A DNA stretch of 63,786 bases, filler included, from Sphacelaria rigidula (Eukaryota): the NCBI GenBank assembly GCA_964200075.2. It is 10 parts of 10 records of this genome, joined end to end, with 100 filler letters (N's around TTAATTAATTAA, not from the genome) between each part and the next. Parts side by side here need not be neighbours in the genome. Positions count along the whole stretch, not along the records: positions 38,335 to 44,622 come from CAXNAA020020993.1; positions 44,723 to 51,010 come from CAXNAA020020994.1; positions 51,111 to 57,398 come from CAXNAA020020995.1; 7 more parts are not named here. One strand, given 5' to 3'. The notes below the pieces were generated by a model. It worked only from the letters and a program-made list of their open reading frames with translations. It was not told the DNA's origin and made no database searches. Each line of letters begins with the position of its first letter. Within the stretch, counting starts at the first letter, position 1. A program made the position numbers and the translations under genes. Positions 38,725 through 51,187 of this stretch are shown piece after piece.

Positions 38725-41700
38725 GTATGTGGACTCTCAGGTGCAAGAGCAGCTGGAGGGAACGGTCGCAGCGGATACCGACGATTGCACGCCCTTGACA
38801 TACAACGGTACCCGTATACTGCACCCGTGCGGGTTGATTGCCAACTCGTTGTTCAACGATGTTATTCAGCTTTCGGAGGGCGGCGTCATGAGCGAAACGG
38901 GAATCGCTTGGGAATCAGATGTTGACGACAAGGTATGCATGCTGTTGGGTGCTCTTCAGTCGCTTTTTCGCGGTCTGGGAGTACGTGGGTGCTCGGTTTT
39001 TATCATGGCCATTGCACAATATTGCGATGTTACCGCAGCCTCTTGTATTCCAAATCCGCTCTGTAGTACCCGACACGAACGCACATGAGGAGCGAGACAG
39101 TGGTGCCGTGTCCTTCACATTTTGCCGGGCAGGGTGAGACTTGATTTTTTTTTTCTCCCTTTTGTTTTTTCCCTCTCCTTCAATTTCTTGTTATCTTTTT
39201 TGTGGTTGTCGTCTGTTTTACATCTCGTTTTCAGTGTTCTCTGTTGGTGCTGTATTTCTGTCTCAGCCACTCCCTTCTCTCGAGGACCCTCCAGCTGGTG
39301 TGTCCGTTTTGTTTTCCTTGGGCATGTCTGTCTTGTGACTACGGCTGGATGATGATTCCTACAGTAGGGGACTCTTTAATGTGCAACAAATGTTCAACCT
39401 ATCAGATGGGCAACTGCGATGGTGCGTTCGCCAGAAGGTGATGCGTGCAGTTTTTTCTCACTTTAGCCGTGCGGGTACATTCTCGCGGCACAGTCAGTGA
39501 AAGCTGACTATAGCGCTCCATATCGCCCTCGTCTTACTAATCACTCGGTCTGCGTTACCGTGGAATCGATCCGCTAAGTCGTGTCCAGTAAATGCAGAAG
39601 GGCTGTCTACGGTACAAAATGTCGTTGCCTGCGTGCCTTCCATGTTATATGAAAGCTCTACTATTCATGGAGATCGATCGCCTCGTTGGGGTTTTTGCAG
39701 GCCTTCGTGAGCTTGTGATTAGCTACCGGTCACGCTGCCGGCGATTTTTGTCTGATATCTTGTTTCTCTGTACCACTCTGCTTCACGACGCATCCATATC
39801 TATTTGCTCAGTTTGTGCAGCCGGACGGCTTTGCGTCTGCGGTGTGTGAGTCGGACGATTGTGCCACGTGTCTCTCCGAAGCCGGGTGAGTGCCGGGAGT
39901 ACTTTGATACTTGAATTAATGCCACTGAACGTGTGGTGCTGGCTATCATGAGCCATGTCTAGGCAGCTATTGCGAAGAGGTATATGGTCGCTGACTGCAA
40001 TGCCAGCCCCAACCCCTTGGTCCACGAGCTCATGTTGGGTGGAGGCAGTGGATTGAAGGTCGCTGAAAGATACATACACGGAATATGTTGAACGTCACCG
40101 GTGACAACTTTCCTTGTAACATCCACGTACATTAACACCGATATGCCCTTCCACCGCTCGATGCTGCTTGAAATTAGATACAACAGTCCACGTGGCTGTC
40201 TTATTCCAGTTCATATGTGTCGATAAAATGCCCTTGTCTGTATGCTGTGTACTGTGCTCCACAGCAATACGGATAGCTCGGGAGACACCGTATTTGATGG
40301 ATGCGCGCTTTGGGAGGACCTGACCGATGAAACGACCTACGCCTACTACTACCCCGACGAGGACACGTACCAATACATTTATGAAACGATCCCGCAGGTG
40401 AAAACTGGTCGCCGCTGTCTTGGTTGTTTCTTGTGACTGTGAAGTAATCAAAACGCGCAATCTGATGTCTCGAGAAGTTCACTTTTGCTGTCAGGGCGAT
40501 CGGTGCGTGTTTGATACTGCAAGGTGCTTTGATCATGCTCTACGCAGCCCCCTGCTGCATGCACGGGAGCCCTCTTGTTGCCAAAACCCCCAACCTTCTG
40601 TGTTGCTGCTCTTGTGGCTGACATATGGGCGTGTGGAGTAACGAGCCAGTTGAACGTGTTCCCGCCCATTGCTGTTCTTCGTTGCTGTGCGGCAGTATGA
40701 TCTGTCACCTCATATTTGTCGCTGTGAACTTCCATGTGTAGTGACAGTGCTGCCGTAATTTGATGGCTCCTGTTGTTGGTGGTGACGGATGCAGGTGATC
40801 AATCCGATAGAGGGGATAACGAACGAGCATTTCATCGTGTGGATGCGCACGTCGGGGCTGCACGAGTTCCGAAAGCTGTACGGCAGGTGAAAAACTGTCG
40901 CAATGTCTGATGATGAGCGGTAAACAGTACACACTGAAATTACTTCCGTTCGTAGTCGTTCCCTTACCAAAAATGCCTGGTGTTCTTACCGCCAAGAAAA
41001 CGAACGGGGAGAAGCAGGAGGCCACGCTGTGTCTATGTCTTACGTCAGCGAGTCCACCGTGCTCATCTCATTCATATCAGGGCCGCCAACCCTCTTCGCT
41101 TTAGACGTTGACAGGTACGGTCATCCATCTGCGGACTGCGTGTAAAAGTATTGCGGATCTTGCACAAAGCCACAGACCATGCTGTGTATCCTGGAATCGA
41201 TGCACCGCATTTTCTTGTGTACAGGATCGAGGATGGCGTTGCTGGTGGCACCAACCTCACCTTCACCATCAACGCGAACTACGTTACCACTTTTTTCGAC
41301 GGCACCAAATCGCTCGTAATCTCGACAACCAATGATACGGGTGGACGAAACCCTTACTGGGGGCAGTCTTTCCTTACGCTTGGGGTCGCTATCTGGATCC
41401 TGGCGGCACTCGGAGCGGTGAGTTCGCGTTTTACTTCCTCCACGAAAGAGTTCGTCGTCTTCAGAACCGTATGTTTCTCAAGATGCACGGCTGCGTCATC
41501 TAAAGTCACTGTCCTGTTGTGGGCCAAGTAGTACAGCGGTGGCATAGTGCTTACCGAGCATATGAATGTGTATCCGATACTATGTTTTGCCCTCAATTTT
41601 GTGTACAGTATACGTGTGCACATCTCTTTCGAAAACACTCCTTCAACGTTGCGAACACAAGGTCCATTTTTTGCAGCTCACTGAGCGTGCAGTGCTGTAG

Positions 41701-42067
41701 GAGAGAAATAATATTGTGACTTGCTGCTGGTCCCCCCAGTGTTGTAGTGAGCACAGCGCTTTCCCGCCCGGATAGCCAGTGCCGTGCAGTGTCGTGGAGC
41801 GAGACCGAGTAAGTGTAGTACCCTAGTTGAGAGGAAATTTATCTTTTAGATGAGTTGTGCAATCGGAGGTTCGTACGTCACAAAATGATCTTGCCGCGAT
41901 GTGTGTAGCTCTCATGCCTGAGGGCATATATACTCTCCGCTCGTTGCTCGCTTCCCCTCGGCCGTGTCGTCCTCCCCACGTCGTTTTGATTACTCTTGCA
42001 GTTCAAGGAGCGCTGTTGTCCGCGAGAAATGGGAGACCTTAAGAAGCTCGTTGACGACCCCGAGTGA
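38725..42067 (+). CDS. CDC50: CDC50/LEM3 (ALIS) P4-ATPase flippase beta subunit, 5'-partial. Exons 38725-38932, 39812-39885, 40265-40397, 40795-40886, 41225-41417, 42002-42067
   Basis: Family motifs PCGLIANSLFND, GIAWESD..KF, NEHFIVWMRT..FRKLYGRI, FDGTKSLVIST..GGRNP, then a TM helix and PREMGD tail. All introns are GT-AG with phases 0, 2, 0, 2, 0. TGA at 42065-42067. Confidence 0.95.
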
Positions 42068-42574
42068 ACTCGTCCGATTAGTTATCGTTCGATTAGTTAT
42101 TTGTTGATCGCTGGTCGAGGCGCAGTCTGCAGTAGCTTGACGTTTTATGTAGAGTCGAGAGCGTGTTGTCGGATCCCAGCCGCTCTATTTTGCCCGCACG
42201 CCGTGCGTTTTTGAGTTTCTTCCATCAGGTGTTGTACCGTCGGTTTTGATGAGGCTTCGTGTACTTGGGGTTGGGTGAAAATGTGGCCGGTGATAATACG
42301 ATGCACTCTTGTGCATATATTTTTTCACCTTCACTTTTTGGAAGTGTTCGTTTCTTGTGGTTTTCCTGGGGTTGAAATATTTGTAGTAACACGGCTTGCG
42401 GAGCTGTTGAGTGTAGTGCAATGATATGGTGCAAACACAGACGACGTGTTTTCAACGGCAACGAGGGGTGACATCAGGGCAGTGATGCTGCCACATGCTC
42501 AATCCGCAAGCTTATGCATGGTCCTGAAAGCGCTGGTGTACCCACGTTGAGTTGGGCTGACGGCCTGCTGAGGT

Positions 42575-43216
42575 ATTTGAGTCGGCGGTTCCAATTTCAC
42601 GAGGTGAATTTGGTTTCTGCTCCGGGTGAAAATTCGACTAACCGTTTTTATTGCGACTCAATTTTTGTGACTTCATTTTTGCGAGTTTTTTTTTGCGAGA
42701 TTTTCCCAGTCTAAAACCCCTATTGATTTCGTTTTTTCGGGGAAAACTTTGTCGAACAGAAGCCAAACGCATCTTGCTCCAAGGGGCACCTGGACACAGC
42801 AGTTGCTGCCGCCTACCTAGTATCATCCTCCAAATCGAAGTCTTGAGTGAGAATGCCCAGCGTGCAGCTGCTTGACGCGATCACTGCGTTTTACCGACCC
42901 TTTCCCACGTACCCGACAAGGGGGCAACATCCCCGTACAGACAGTAGCAATGCCAGCGGGTCCTACGTCCTGACATTCTGGCAGCCGGCAAGGTGCTTAT
43001 GGTGGTGTCCTTCTAGCGATATCAAGTTACAGTGCACGGGAGCAGAATTTGCAGGTGACTATTTCGGCGATTGCCTCACCTGCAAATCGCCCAGCGACCG
43101 TTAGGTTGAATTGCCCAGTGTGGAATATATTGCCGACAGTAATTTGTGTAATACAGTCCGAGTAGTACTCGTACTTCAATTGGGTAACTGCATCGCTACA
43201 CTTCGAGACAACAGTG
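42575..43216 (-). repeat. Interspersed repeat, copy 2 (see 4108-5100)
   Basis: Reverse-complement match to scaffold 1. Both copies give the spurious ORF tail LQIEVLSENAQRAAA. Confidence 0.88.
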
Positions 43217-44849
43217 TTCCTTGAGGCCCTTGAGGCTGAAAAGGCTTCTACGGAGCCGAAGTATAAAAGTGTCCGTTCGTCCGTTCGTCCGTACGGGCCT
43301 CATTATGAAGCTCCCAACCACGCACTTTCTCCCCCCCCCCAATTCATTCGAAGCCGCGCTGCGCGAAATAAACCCATCCCATCACTCTTCTAACATCAAT
43401 CGAGACGCCCTCCGCAAGTTTCAGCTTCATTGGTGCTCATGGCGTTGTGTTTCGCTCTCGACTCTGGGCGCACTCGAAGCACCCCCAACTTCGACCCCTC
43501 TTGACCAGAGCGAATATTGATGAAACTTCTCGGACTTGCCTGTCGCAACCTCAATCAAGGCACTTTTGGAGGTTGGAGGCATCACACGCAGCAACCGGCT
43601 TTCCGGATCACTTTGAACACCCCCAAGAAGGTTCAGCTTCATTGCTGCTTTCTTCGTTGTCTTCGCTTGTGCGTGTCGACGCCATCCGTAGCTGAGGTGG
43701 AGGGGGTGTTGAAGCATGTGATCGACGTTCACCGCCTTAGACCGATTCTGGGAGCATCTCAACAACGAGCTATCGGCCATCGGACACGCGATTGATCTGA
43801 ACTAATCTCGGTTTACATGTCGACAGACGACGAGCGTGCGGGTTCCCCTCATCGAAAAGTACGAAGGCGGTAGAGATGTCCACTGTTCGCTACCAACCCT
43901 ACTACGAGCGAACTCAAATCGGGTCGTCACGTCGTGGAGTTTTGCCCGGAGAGCGGATAGATCAGATAACAATGATTGAGCGACCAGAGAATCGGCAAAA
44001 AGGTGAGCCTGGCTGTAGTCAATATCCGCAAGGAGTTCGCATCTACTATGGTCAGCCCTCTCTGTGTTGGTCTCTCTCCTGTCTTTCCTGCCTCGCCTCT
44101 TCTCAGTCTCCAGCCAAGAGTTAGTGTAATATGTACTGAGGGTGCCTTCCCTCTCGTGCATATCTGACGTCGGCAACCCAAGGCAAGGCATCTGGGGTCT
44201 GCTGTTGTTGTTGTGGTGTACTGTGTGTTGCTGTCTCTCCCTTCTCTCTCTCTCTCTCCTGGCTTCCCCCTTCTAGAGGAAATCTACCAATTAAGATACA
44301 GAGCCAATTAAGATACAAGTTTTTTTAATCGTTCATATCTCCGCGAAATATTAATCGTTTTCCGTTCTGTTTTTTTCTGCGTGTGCACAAGAGCACGGTG
44401 CTTTGTTTGAGCTATTGTATGTGCCTCAAGCATCCGATTACGTAGTCTTACATCACTGCGAGTAAGCGCGTATGTGTCATCCTCCAAAATCAGCTTTTTG
44501 GTCGATCGGCTGCTAAGCATGCAGAGAGCAGAACGTGCAGCACAGGCCGTATAAGCGGTACACAGCGGTCGTCCTAGCTTCCGTGCTGCAGCTACGACCT
44601 TTGACATCTCCGTCGGTGCACTNNNNNNNNNNNNNNNNNNNNNNNNNNNNNNNNNNNNNNNNNNNNTTAATTAATTAANNNNNNNNNNNNNNNNNNNNNN
44701 NNNNNNNNNNNNNNNNNNNNNNTTCCCTGCAATGGAGGAATGGGACTTCAACCTCATTTTATGTTTCAACCCCAAAAATTGGGATCGGTGGTTCATTGAA
44801 GTCAGTAAACAATGATTGAATAACTCATTTTCCTGTGCCTTGTAAGACG

Positions 44850-46150
44850 TGTCTTCCTGCTGCTGATATGCGCATGGGCGGATCAAGCTGAACGGAGTCA
44901 GGCATCTCCCTTTAAAGATTAGGAAGTAGGTAGCAATCCACAAAATGATTGCTGGCCCCGCTGTCAACCACCATCGTAAATGGGGCTGCCACAAGCGTAT
45001 TGGGAGAATCTGCTAGGTTCCCCTTAAGACAGGTATACCCAACTCCGCTTAGTGGAGAAATCTCCGTGCCATTTGCTGCAGTAGGTGTACTTGATTGCTG
45101 GACGTTGGTGTACATATGTACTGCAGTTGAAGTGGGAGTTGTAGTTGTTGTAGTCGTGTGGTTGACAGGTCTAAAATTATGTATTATTGATGGGTACTAT
45201 TGTGACTACGATTACGGCTGTGTCTGTTGTTATGGTTATTACGGTGGCGATTATTACTATTGTTTCCAGAGCTACCACTTGCGGTCCCATGATTCATATG
45301 ATTTTTGTACTCGATGTTGTCATTTCAATTTGTTTTGTGAAGGCTATACCATTTAAGCTGTCTACCGTCACGCTGCTTCCTAGATCTGCAGTCACGCATG
45401 AGGTGACCAGATCTCCCGCAATTATGATATTCATTCACAATTTTTGTGGATCTTAGAGACGAATCTAGGGGTGACGATGCATATATAGCACTCTCTCTTG
45501 AGCTATTGATTTTCTCACAGGTTTACCGCGAGCTAGGCGGTTGACATATATAAGGCGCATAGTTGATTCAATCTGTGATAGGCTAAAATCAGGATCTTAT
45601 TCAACGTTATATTAAATTTGAATGCAATCATCAGTTGGCCCTTCTATGGCTTTATCTGCCAACGACTCATCCGTGACGCTCTCCCCTATCTAAGAATGTT
45701 TTTCTCTAATTTGATAAGCTTAGGAAGACGTCTGAGTCCTCACCCTGTGACATGGCTAAATTATCTAACCGTCTCCTCAGAATACGATGCCTTTGTTTAG
45801 ATGAATTCTGGTATTTTGCGATCAATCCGTCCCAAGCTTTTTCACCATCTGGTGTAGTTGAGCCCTGTGGTTCGAACCATAGGTAAAAACTGTTTGCAGG
45901 TCCGGTCGTACTTGAATAAAGTATGTCGAAGAGTTGTTCATTCTCGTTGAAAACTCTTCCACTACTTTCGTCTTCTTCTGAATTAACGCCCTTTCCTTGA
46001 AAACGTGTTACTACCGGGCTTGATCTAGTCGTGAATCCTCCACGAACGTTTCCATAAATTTCGGTGGAACGGGTTTTACCACTTGGAATATCCGAAATAC
46101 TAAAATGTATTAATGATATAGCGGCTCTAGTTTGACGCTTCCACTCCAAA
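44850..46150 (-). mobile_element. Decayed Ty1/Copia gag-protease region
   Basis: NEQLFDILYSSTTGPA..DGEKAWDGLIAKYQ..RRLDNLAMSQGEDSDVF (Copia gag) and MVVDSGASNHFVD (protease). Stops and frameshifts. Confidence 0.85.
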
Positions 46151-46578
46151 GCATTTGCTCCATCAAATTATTTGATACTTTTTATGATTAGCGTATCAGA
46201 AGGCTCTCCAGTTCAATTTATCTTCATAGTATTCTGTGTTAAATTTCCGCAACGTAACGTCTTCACCTCGCATTTCTTCACAAGTCTTCGCTCCTAGACG
46301 GGACGACAACGCTTTTTGACCACACTCCGGGCTGCATTTGTAGTGCTTTGCTGCAGTAGTGATGAACGACTGCGATGTGACGTCTTGTTCACTGATGCTC
46401 AAGACTTTAGTACAGTATACAAACTCCAAACCTGCGTGGCGAGGCTCATAACCTGTCAAACGTATGGCCGTGATTTGTATACAATACACAATGTTTGACT
46501 GTCCACTTGACAGGAAAAAAAGGTTTACCACGTGAACCCAGCTCTGACAAGAGAGTTCGCAGAGGTTGCACAGTGTTG

Positions 46579-46830
46579 GACACTCCCTGCGTTACCCCCC
46601 CGAAAAAACCAGCCCAAACGTGTCACGAAACCAATGGCCATACAGCGCCTGATTTTTGCGTTCAGGCTGCATGAAGCGCCTCATATGGGCGATATTGGCG
46701 AGAACGAACCCAAGCGTGGGAATGCCCAGCTACTCGTTGTGCTCGGCCTTTTCCATTTCAATTTACGTGAAGATTTTACCTTCCCAAACCAGGCACTTCT
46801 TGGGGAGGGGGGGGTATCGTAGAAAGTGTC
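46579..46830. mobile_element. MITE, second copy of the GACACTTTCTACGA family
   Basis: Interior aligns with 29158-29416. Ends GACACTCCCTGCG / CGTAGAAAGTGTC. Flanks GTTG/GTTA. Confidence 0.8.
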
Positions 46831-47292
46831 GTTAATTGACCACCTGCTTGTGCATTCCAAAAAGAGAATGTGGTCGACAGTTGGCGCTTTACTCGGCCGA
46901 ATAAACACAATAAAGCACTCGGTTCCTTGTTAACTCAAAAACCAACAACAGACTGATATGCTTGATTGAGGGAATAAACAATACGGAGTGACCACGGGTT
47001 GATATATCAGAAAACTGTCCTACCTCAACGAAACCGTTCGTACTATGAATCAGACGACTTGAACTATATAACCATGAACTCTACATCCACAGACTCTTGA
47101 TTCTATAGATCCCTCGAATCAAGCTCTTCACTATTCTGACATTAACAGTTCGATCTATCCATTCATCAACCCTACGGTCAAAGCCTGTTCGTCTGCTCTA
47201 CTTTCTACTTATATTTCTGCTCATGTTGAACCGTACTTTAATCTGCTGCTAAAGTTGTAAACATATGTGAAATCGATTTCTTTCCAACATAG

Positions 47293-49495
47293 CACAGTTA
47301 TGGGTGCGGCCGACCCCCCAAAATGGGCAAAACAAGTGTCGCCGACCAAAAGCACGAACAGACCGGCGATCTGGTTGATCCCCTGATTATGCACGCCGTT
47401 AGATTCCCCAAAGTACTTGTGATTTGAATAGGTTTTGCACTCGACGATTTCCCATTTTCGTCGTCCCGGGCTACGAACCACGGCGTGCCTCAGCTACTCA
47501 CCGGCGTGTATGTGTCCAAGCTACAATCTAAAAACATTGTGGAACCAAAGGAATTATAAGGGATCGAGAAAATCGCAAAAAAAACATGTTTCTTTTACTT
47601 GATTTGTTATAAAGCTCGGATCCCGATGAGATAAAAAAAATCGATCAGGCGAGTTGTAGCTGTCGTCTTGCCGAAGATGATGCAAAAAGTCGCAGTCGCA
47701 TCCCAATCGATGGCCTCGGTGATGAGTAATGGGGGCAACCGTTTGGGCAACGAGCGCAAACCAGTGCCTCCAACCCTCGCCGGTTTCCACGACATGCGAA
47801 AACGTCACCCCTGTCCAACGGCCTCAGAATAGATGACACCCATGAATGACTCTTGATAGTGCAGATGGTTGATACGTCAGATGCGTGGAATCTTCGACAG
47901 GTGTAGAATTTGAACCTTCGACCGAACCCCTAGAAGCTTCTGTGCCTGCAAGACATTCACCCCCGTCTTTGCATCGCTTGTGATAGTGGCAAGAGTAGTG
48001 CTCGTTCTCCTGCACCCGGTGCCATCACCACGCCACCATCGATAGCGTAGCTTAGTATCTAATATCACCTGGCGGCAAGTATGGGCAAACTTTGAAGTGA
48101 AAGAGAAACGAAAGCCACGAAGCAAGCTGGCGTCAAAAGCAAGAATCATCTTCGCGACCTTGCAGCAGCGAAGCGAACAAATTATAACACTAAGCCTAAC
48201 CCTAACCACAACGAAGGCATACCGATAACCCACGCGCATGGCGGGTGCAATGCGTTCCCTAGGGGAAGTGTGCGTTGCCAGACCTCAAATCGGCACCCCA
48301 GGCGCTGGTTTGGACAAAACCGCGCTGTGGGCACGCTACGAGGATGCGAGGAGCACAGCCCCGATATGAAATCCGTATTTCGGCGCCCACACTAAAATCA
48401 ATTTGGACCAACTTACCCTCCCGAATGGTCAACTATGCTGCGTCAAGACAACACAAAAGACAGCATTAAGTCGTCGGGCCACTTTTACTGAAGCCACATG
48501 GCACCGAAGCCCCGTTCATGTCTTTCAGTGGACCCACCCGTCCTAAGACCCACGTCTGTCATATCGGCACTGGTGGGTGACGGGCGGCGGTTTGTTTTCA
48601 TTCCCTCTTGGACCACAATATCTGTAGAGTACAAATAATATCATGCATATTCATGAAATGAAAAGCCATGCCCATGGAACAACAAGTACACTTGCACAAG
48701 GCGAGTCATTCATCTGCTAAAATTATGGAATGATGAGATCCGATAAATCATGCTCCTCAACACGTGACGAGGAGGTCGACCAACATCCGCCCAGTCCACG
48801 TCACACACCCGGCGACTGTACTCCACTCGTCTGTGTAAGGGCCGTCCTCGTTGAAGTTCATCAGTACACACGGCGCTGTTGCATGTTGAGGACATGAATG
48901 TTGTTGGCCCAATTTCGATCCGCGTTCCCGAAAATAAATGATTCAGCGTTCTGGTTTCAGCTATCGGCGTTTTGCTACAAGTATTCACGGTTGATATTAC
49001 TCGATTTGAGTGTGTACAACGAGAATCGGAATTGAGGTGGGGCTGACAATCCCGCCGTGTGCTTCTTGTGTGCGCAGAACGTGTTTTCGTTGAACTTGGC
49101 GCCACAAGCGCCGATTTGGGGTCTACCAAGACCTCACTTTGTTTCGGGAATGTGTGTCCCGCCCTTAACCGAGGGTTCTCGATGTGCGTTGGGTTGGGTC
49201 AACCCAACTAGCCTCCATGTATTCCAGTGCATCGCAAGCGCGAACAAAAAGTGACGTAGTGGCATGCAATATATGAGGAACAACAACGGAAGTAACGGAA
49301 GGGTTCTGATTTTAGAATGCAGTCCACTTTTTCTCGATATGAACTTTGGATCTATGTCGTTCTCTTCCGATGACGCAAGGCACATTTTACCCGACGAGCC
49401 TGGATAAGCCTCAAAAGTCGATATATATGTTTGTGATTTTGGTCGGTGACACTTTTTTTGCCCATTTTGGGGGGTCAGGCGCACCCATAACAGTG
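47293..49495. mobile_element. ~2.2-kb non-autonomous element with ~70-nt TIRs starting CAC[AT]GTTATGGGTGCG
   Basis: CACAGTTATGGGTGCGGCCGACCCCCCAAAATGGGCAAAACAAGTGTCGCCGACCAAAA matches the reverse complement of 49425-49495. Confidence 0.78.
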
Positions 49496-50288
49496 TCCAA
49501 CTGTCAAACGATAGGAAGAGCGGTTCAACTCGTAAACCCAGCTCGAACAAGAGAGCTCGCAGAAGATGTACAGTGGGGGTGAAACACTTGCTTCTACGCG
49601 CAGTAGAATTTACAAAGAATGGTTTTCACCGGTGCTTGACCTGGCCAAACGCACACTGGCACAGAAATATGCGCTTTGATCTCCTATTCACGCAAAAAAA
49701 CAATATCAAGCTAGTGAGCGTATTTGAGTGTATTAAACGAGAGTAAAGACGAGAGGCTTCCTTAAAGAAGTGTTTCATCTCAACGAAGCATTTCGTATCA
49801 TGCTCTGCAATACCTGCCAACTACGATGCATACTACCATGAACTGTACGTCAACAAACCCTTGATACTTGAGCTTTAGACTCTTCGAATCAAGCTCTTCT
49901 CTATATTGACTTACAGCTAGCTTGGGCTATTGATTCATCCACCTATGCTGTTGGACCACTTGTACTGTCTGTTTTACCTTCTGCTTTTGTTGCTGCTCAT
50001 GCTGAACGGTAACTAGTTCTGCCGCTAAACTGTGTACCATTATGTTCCGAAATATAAAGGATATTTGGAACTGCGGCAAAATTACGCCCGTATATTTGTT
50101 TTTTCACGTTTTTTTGCGTTGTTTCCGGGGTCCTCCAGCGGGCCCGGCAAAACCGTGTTTCTCTCGACATGAGACCCAACATGTGTTCACAGCAGCATCC
50201 GAAGTAGAGGCACTCGGAGCTCAAAAAGTAAAATCTCCTGTAAACTGTCTTCCCCTATAGTCTGTTCACAATGTCCTTCGCTTGAGGT

Positions 50289-50525
50289 GCGGCTGGGACG
50301 GTAAGCAGGACTAATCTGAACGAAAATGACAGAAGCACTTTGATAGACGTGCTCCTCAAGGGCAGTAACAGCGGCAAGTTGACCCATGGCGACATTAAGC
50401 GAGTTGCGCAACGGTTTGGTTGCTCGAGCAAGCAAGTTTTGACCGTGTGGAAGCATTACAAGGAGAAGAACGACGCTGGTTTCGCCGCTCTAAGCTTGCG
50501 CAATGAGCGTGCTGGAAATTCCACA
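50289..50525 (+). pseudogene. N-terminal HTH fragment of a plant-type mariner-like transposase
   Basis: NLNENDRSTLIDVLLKGSNSGKLTHGDIKRVAQRFGCSSKQVLTVWK..RAGN. No catalytic domain follows. Confidence 0.62.
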
Positions 50526-51187
50526 AAAATCAGCGTTTGATCACAATTTCCACGAAAATAATGGCATTTTCCGCAAAAACTGAAAAACTCCGGGGATGCA
50601 ATGTAATCACCCCCTGCCACCAGGGGATGTGTATGGACGATCCCCCGATCATTTTTGCGTCGTTTTGAGGGGGGTTTTAAGTCAATAACCCGATCTAGCG
50701 GCAGAATCGTGCAAATCCCTTATATTTCGGAACACAGTCGTATACGAGTATATATATTTAGATATCAAAATGATTTCTTGCCAACACTACTCGCGTCTTT
50801 GTCGTCAACGACGAGAAACGAGTCAGAAACGTACCCCGCACCTGCTGGGAGTCGAAATCTAATATCCCCGCTGTATCAGGTCTCAGTAGATCCAGTTAGC
50901 CCACCGAGGTGCGGAAATATATACATAACAGCCGATCCTAATTTTTGGGGTTGAAACATGAAATGAGGTTGAAGTCCCATTTCTCTGTTGCAGGGAAGAT
51001 ACAAAAGAGTNNNNNNNNNNNNNNNNNNNNNNNNNNNNNNNNNNNNNNNNNNNNTTAATTAATTAANNNNNNNNNNNNNNNNNNNNNNNNNNNNNNNNNN
51101 NNNNNNNNNNCTGAAAGTGTGAGGAAAGCACTGTTTTAGGCTTGAACCTCATCTCAAAGTTAAACCTCAATTCGCACAATTTGTTGT

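Noticed and set aside
20868..42067. Apparent lipid/membrane gene cluster (FAR, MORN, CDC50, C2 protein)
   Set aside because: Each gene is on a separate scaffold joined only by size sorting.
43230..44622. Short ORFs with protein-like composition
   Set aside because: No recognisable motif or consistent splice chain; possibly decayed TE coding sequence.
44723..51010. Scaffold 8 bounded by inverted CAG-family ends, as if one 6.3-kb transposon
   Set aside because: The termini point outward into the gaps, so they are two separate insertions flanking the scaffold.
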